Part shown: positions 62,282 to 64,000 of the stretch, in pieces
Position numbering within the stretch: position 1 is the stretch's first letter
Layout of the letters: every line of letters starts with the position of its first letter
Origin: a virus
Virus record (IMG/VR): IMGVR_UViG_3300036846_000555
Span: 58,350 to 122,349 of that record
Length of the DNA stretch: 64,000 nucleotides
Reading direction: 5' to 3' (one strand)
The notes under the pieces: generated by a model
Told to the model about the DNA's origin: nothing
The model's database searches: none
Seen by the model: only the letters and a program-made list of their open reading frames with translations
Position numbers and translations under genes: made by a program

Positions 62282-62472
62282 TCGTGTTCTGGGACAAGGC
62301 GTGCTACTGGACTGAGCGGGTCGGGGACTGGCTGTCGACGCCGTGGTTCCGGCTGAGCCGTTACTGCTATGCGCGCTGGCGGGCCGCCGACAGCTACTGG
62401 CGCTGCCCGCGCTGCGGCGAAGCGAACGGCGCCCGGCGATCCTGCTACGCCTGCGGATGGCCCTATGACTGA
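62278..62472 (+). CDS. Small Zn-ribbon protein (WRCPRCG...CYACG)
   Basis: RanBP2-like Zn finger pattern. Confidence 0.55.
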   Translation: MIVFWDKACYWTERVGDWLSTPWFRLSRYCYARWRAADSYWRCPRCGEANGARRSCYACGWPYD

Positions 62473-62620
62473 GGGCCAAGGCGCAACATCAGATCGGCTT
62501 GGCCTGATCGGCATTGTGCTGGTGCTGGCGATCAAGGACAACGACGCGAAGCTCAGAGCCATCGCGGAGCGCGAGCTTGATCGGGCCGTGCGCGAGCACC
62601 GGGGGCGATCCGAGACGTGA
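62465..62620 (+). CDS. Hypothetical protein
   Basis: Overlap coupling. Confidence 0.45.
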   Translation: MTEGQGATSDRLGLIGIVLVLAIKDNDAKLRAIAERELDRAVREHRGRSET

Positions 62621-62997
62621 GCAGCCTGATGCCCGGTTCGCTGGTCGCTGCCGAGGCGCGGCTGAAACGCCACCGCTGGAAGCAGCACACGCCCGGCATG
62701 GACGGGCTCGGCCGGTGGACGCACGGGCCCCGGCGGCTGCGGATGGTTCACTCCATCGCGATCGAGCAGGACGGCGAGCTGTGGGAGCACGTCTCCGTCT
62801 CGCGCGATGATGGGACGATGCCATCCTGGGAGCAGACCCGCGACGTGTTCCGCGAGGTCGCGGGCGACACCGCGCTCGGGATCATCGTCGTCCCGCCGAA
62901 GTCCGAGCACGTCGACATTGCCGAGGTCGCGCACGTGTGGCACTGCCTGACCCGGCGTCCGCTCCCTGACTTCGCCCGTGGCGGCGGCTCGATATGA
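62617..62997 (+). CDS. DUF7694-like protein (second, divergent paralog)
   Basis: WEHVSVSRDD..MPSWEQ...VVPPKSEHVD...HVWH. Confidence 0.7.
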   Translation: MSSLMPGSLVAAEARLKRHRWKQHTPGMDGLGRWTHGPRRLRMVHSIAIEQDGELWEHVSVSRDDGTMPSWEQTRDVFREVAGDTALGIIVVPPKSEHVDIAEVAHVWHCLTRRPLPDFARGGGSI

Positions 62998-63248
62998 CCG
63001 AGCCGCCCTACGACCGTGAGGCCGACGTTGGTGGCCCCCCCACCGGCCCCATCGTCGGTCTCACCATCGACGTCGCCTGGCAGGACGGCTGGCGGATCAC
63101 GCTCGGCGTCGGCAAGCTCGGCGTCGAGATGACCGGCCTCAGCGACGCGATCCTCCGCGAGCTGCTGGGCGTCGAGACGACGGACATCCTGGTCGCCCGG
63201 CGTGATGAGGTGACCGAGGTTCATCAACCCCTACCGAAGGAGCAGTGA
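62994..63248 (+). CDS. Hypothetical protein
   Basis: ATGA coupling. Confidence 0.5.
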   Translation: MTEPPYDREADVGGPPTGPIVGLTIDVAWQDGWRITLGVGKLGVEMTGLSDAILRELLGVETTDILVARRDEVTEVHQPLPKEQ

Positions 63249-63457
63249 TGCAGCTCTTTGAGTACGCCGTGATCCTGAACGAGAAGCGCGACAAGGACGG
63301 CGAGGTCACCGAGGACGCCGAGATCGTCGTGCCGCTGACCGCCACGCTTGCCCGCGACCCCGAGCAGGCGCAGTTGCTCGCTGCTCGGGCGATCCCCAGC
63401 GAGATGGTCAACAACGGCAAGCTTGACCGGCTGGTGGTCGTTGTTCGCCCTTTTTGA
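63248..63457 (+). CDS. Small phage protein ending VVVRPF*, first half of predicted frameshifted pair
   Basis: SD AAGGAG; ends in C CCT TTT TGA. Confidence 0.7.
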   Translation: MQLFEYAVILNEKRDKDGEVTEDAEIVVPLTATLARDPEQAQLLAARAIPSEMVNNGKLDRLVVVVRPF

Positions 63458-63481
63458 GGGCGCCCGCTGACGAGGCGGGCG
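63448..63481 (+). other. Predicted -1 programmed ribosomal frameshift signal
   Basis: In-frame heptamer C CCT TTT, 6-nt spacer, 7-bp stem CGCCCGC/GCGGGCG. Confidence 0.65.
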
Positions 63482-63711
63482 AGATCCTGGAGGCCGCCGC
63501 GAGCGGCGGGATCGTGATGCCGCACAACCAGGGCATCGGCTACGGCCTGGAGGGTGAGCCGGGCCATTTCGGCGGCTCCTACCGCACGCTGGCGCCATCG
63601 CCGGGCCCGCAACCGAACGTGTGGGGTGTCACTGGCTCGCCGAACGTGATGGTCAGCGGCAACACGGCTCAGGCGACGTACACGAACGCGTCGGCGCTGC
63701 TGGCGAAGTGA
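63454..63711 (+). CDS. -1 frame extension ORF (85 aa)
   Basis: Opens exactly at slippery site, lacks SD. Confidence 0.55.
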   Translation: MRAPADEAGEILEAAASGGIVMPHNQGIGYGLEGEPGHFGGSYRTLAPSPGPQPNVWGVTGSPNVMVSGNTAQATYTNASALLAK

Positions 63712-64000
63712 CCGACCGGCACAGCTACTCCGGGCTGTCGGCGCTCCCGGCATGGTGGCTGCTGGACGCCGACGACAACCTGGTCGCATCCATCCGCGCG
63801 GAGTCCGCCGTCGCAGCTCGCGATCTCTTCAAGCGCGAGGGCCTGCAGGGCGTCCGGGTGCGCAAGGCGGACATCGCGCCGGTGGATGAGACAACCCCGG
63901 AGCCGGGCGCGCGCTGCGAGATGTGCAAGCGGCTGATCAACGAGGCGATCGACTACCGGACCGTGACCGGTTGGGAGCGGATCTCGCGCGGCGGCGCGGG
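63708..64000 (+). CDS. 3'-truncated hypothetical protein
   Basis: GTGA coupling; open to window end. Confidence 0.5.
   Translation, partial: MTDRHSYSGLSALPAWWLLDADDNLVASIRAESAVAARDLFKREGLQGVRVRKADIAPVDETTPEPGARCEMCKRLINEAIDYRTVTGWERISRGGA

Noticed and set aside
1-64000. tRNA, tmRNA or rRNA genes (expected given the CCA enzyme)
   Set aside because: No cloverleaf with a T-loop GTTCRA consensus found by eye; a tRNAscan-SE/ARAGORN run would be needed to exclude them.

Overview
A 64-kb segment of a very GC-rich (roughly 70% by eye) tailed dsDNA phage with a contractile, PBSX/Mu-like baseplate. An actinobacterial host is inferred from GC content, extended -10 promoters, leaderless starts and a host-like SRPBCC gene. 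Order: end of the tail/baseplate operon (1-5952); Bet recombinase and PD-(D/E)XK exonuclease (minus strand); HNH, primase-helicase, RusA and small genes; terminase small and large subunits; a ~10-kb array of ~30 tiny accessory genes including ArdA; portal; three large polyvalent virion-cargo-type proteins (MuF-ART-GNAT-GNAT-toxin-like, CCA-adding enzyme-HD-SAH, zincin); M15 endolysin and holin; ~20 kb of small genes with a second (GH24) endolysin, a Vps62-like and an SRPBCC protein. No capsid, protease, integrase, tRNA, rRNA or CRISPR array was seen. Most striking observations: (1) six copies of an [LV]xE|A...LHPRxxxGxW motif punctuate the three cargo proteins, suggesting prohead-protease-cleaved, tagged polyproteins that carry a tRNA 3'-end repair kit; (2) about 17 copies of a palindromic operator/extended -10 element, often followed by a covarying hairpin and a CCGACCGAGGAG ribosome-binding site, head the accessory gene clusters; (3) two unrelated endolysins share a 57-aa lectin-blade module, each copy with its own internal SD+ATG; (4) a textbook -1 frameshift signal lies at 63448-63481. 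All domain calls are motif recognition by eye and need HMM or structure confirmation.
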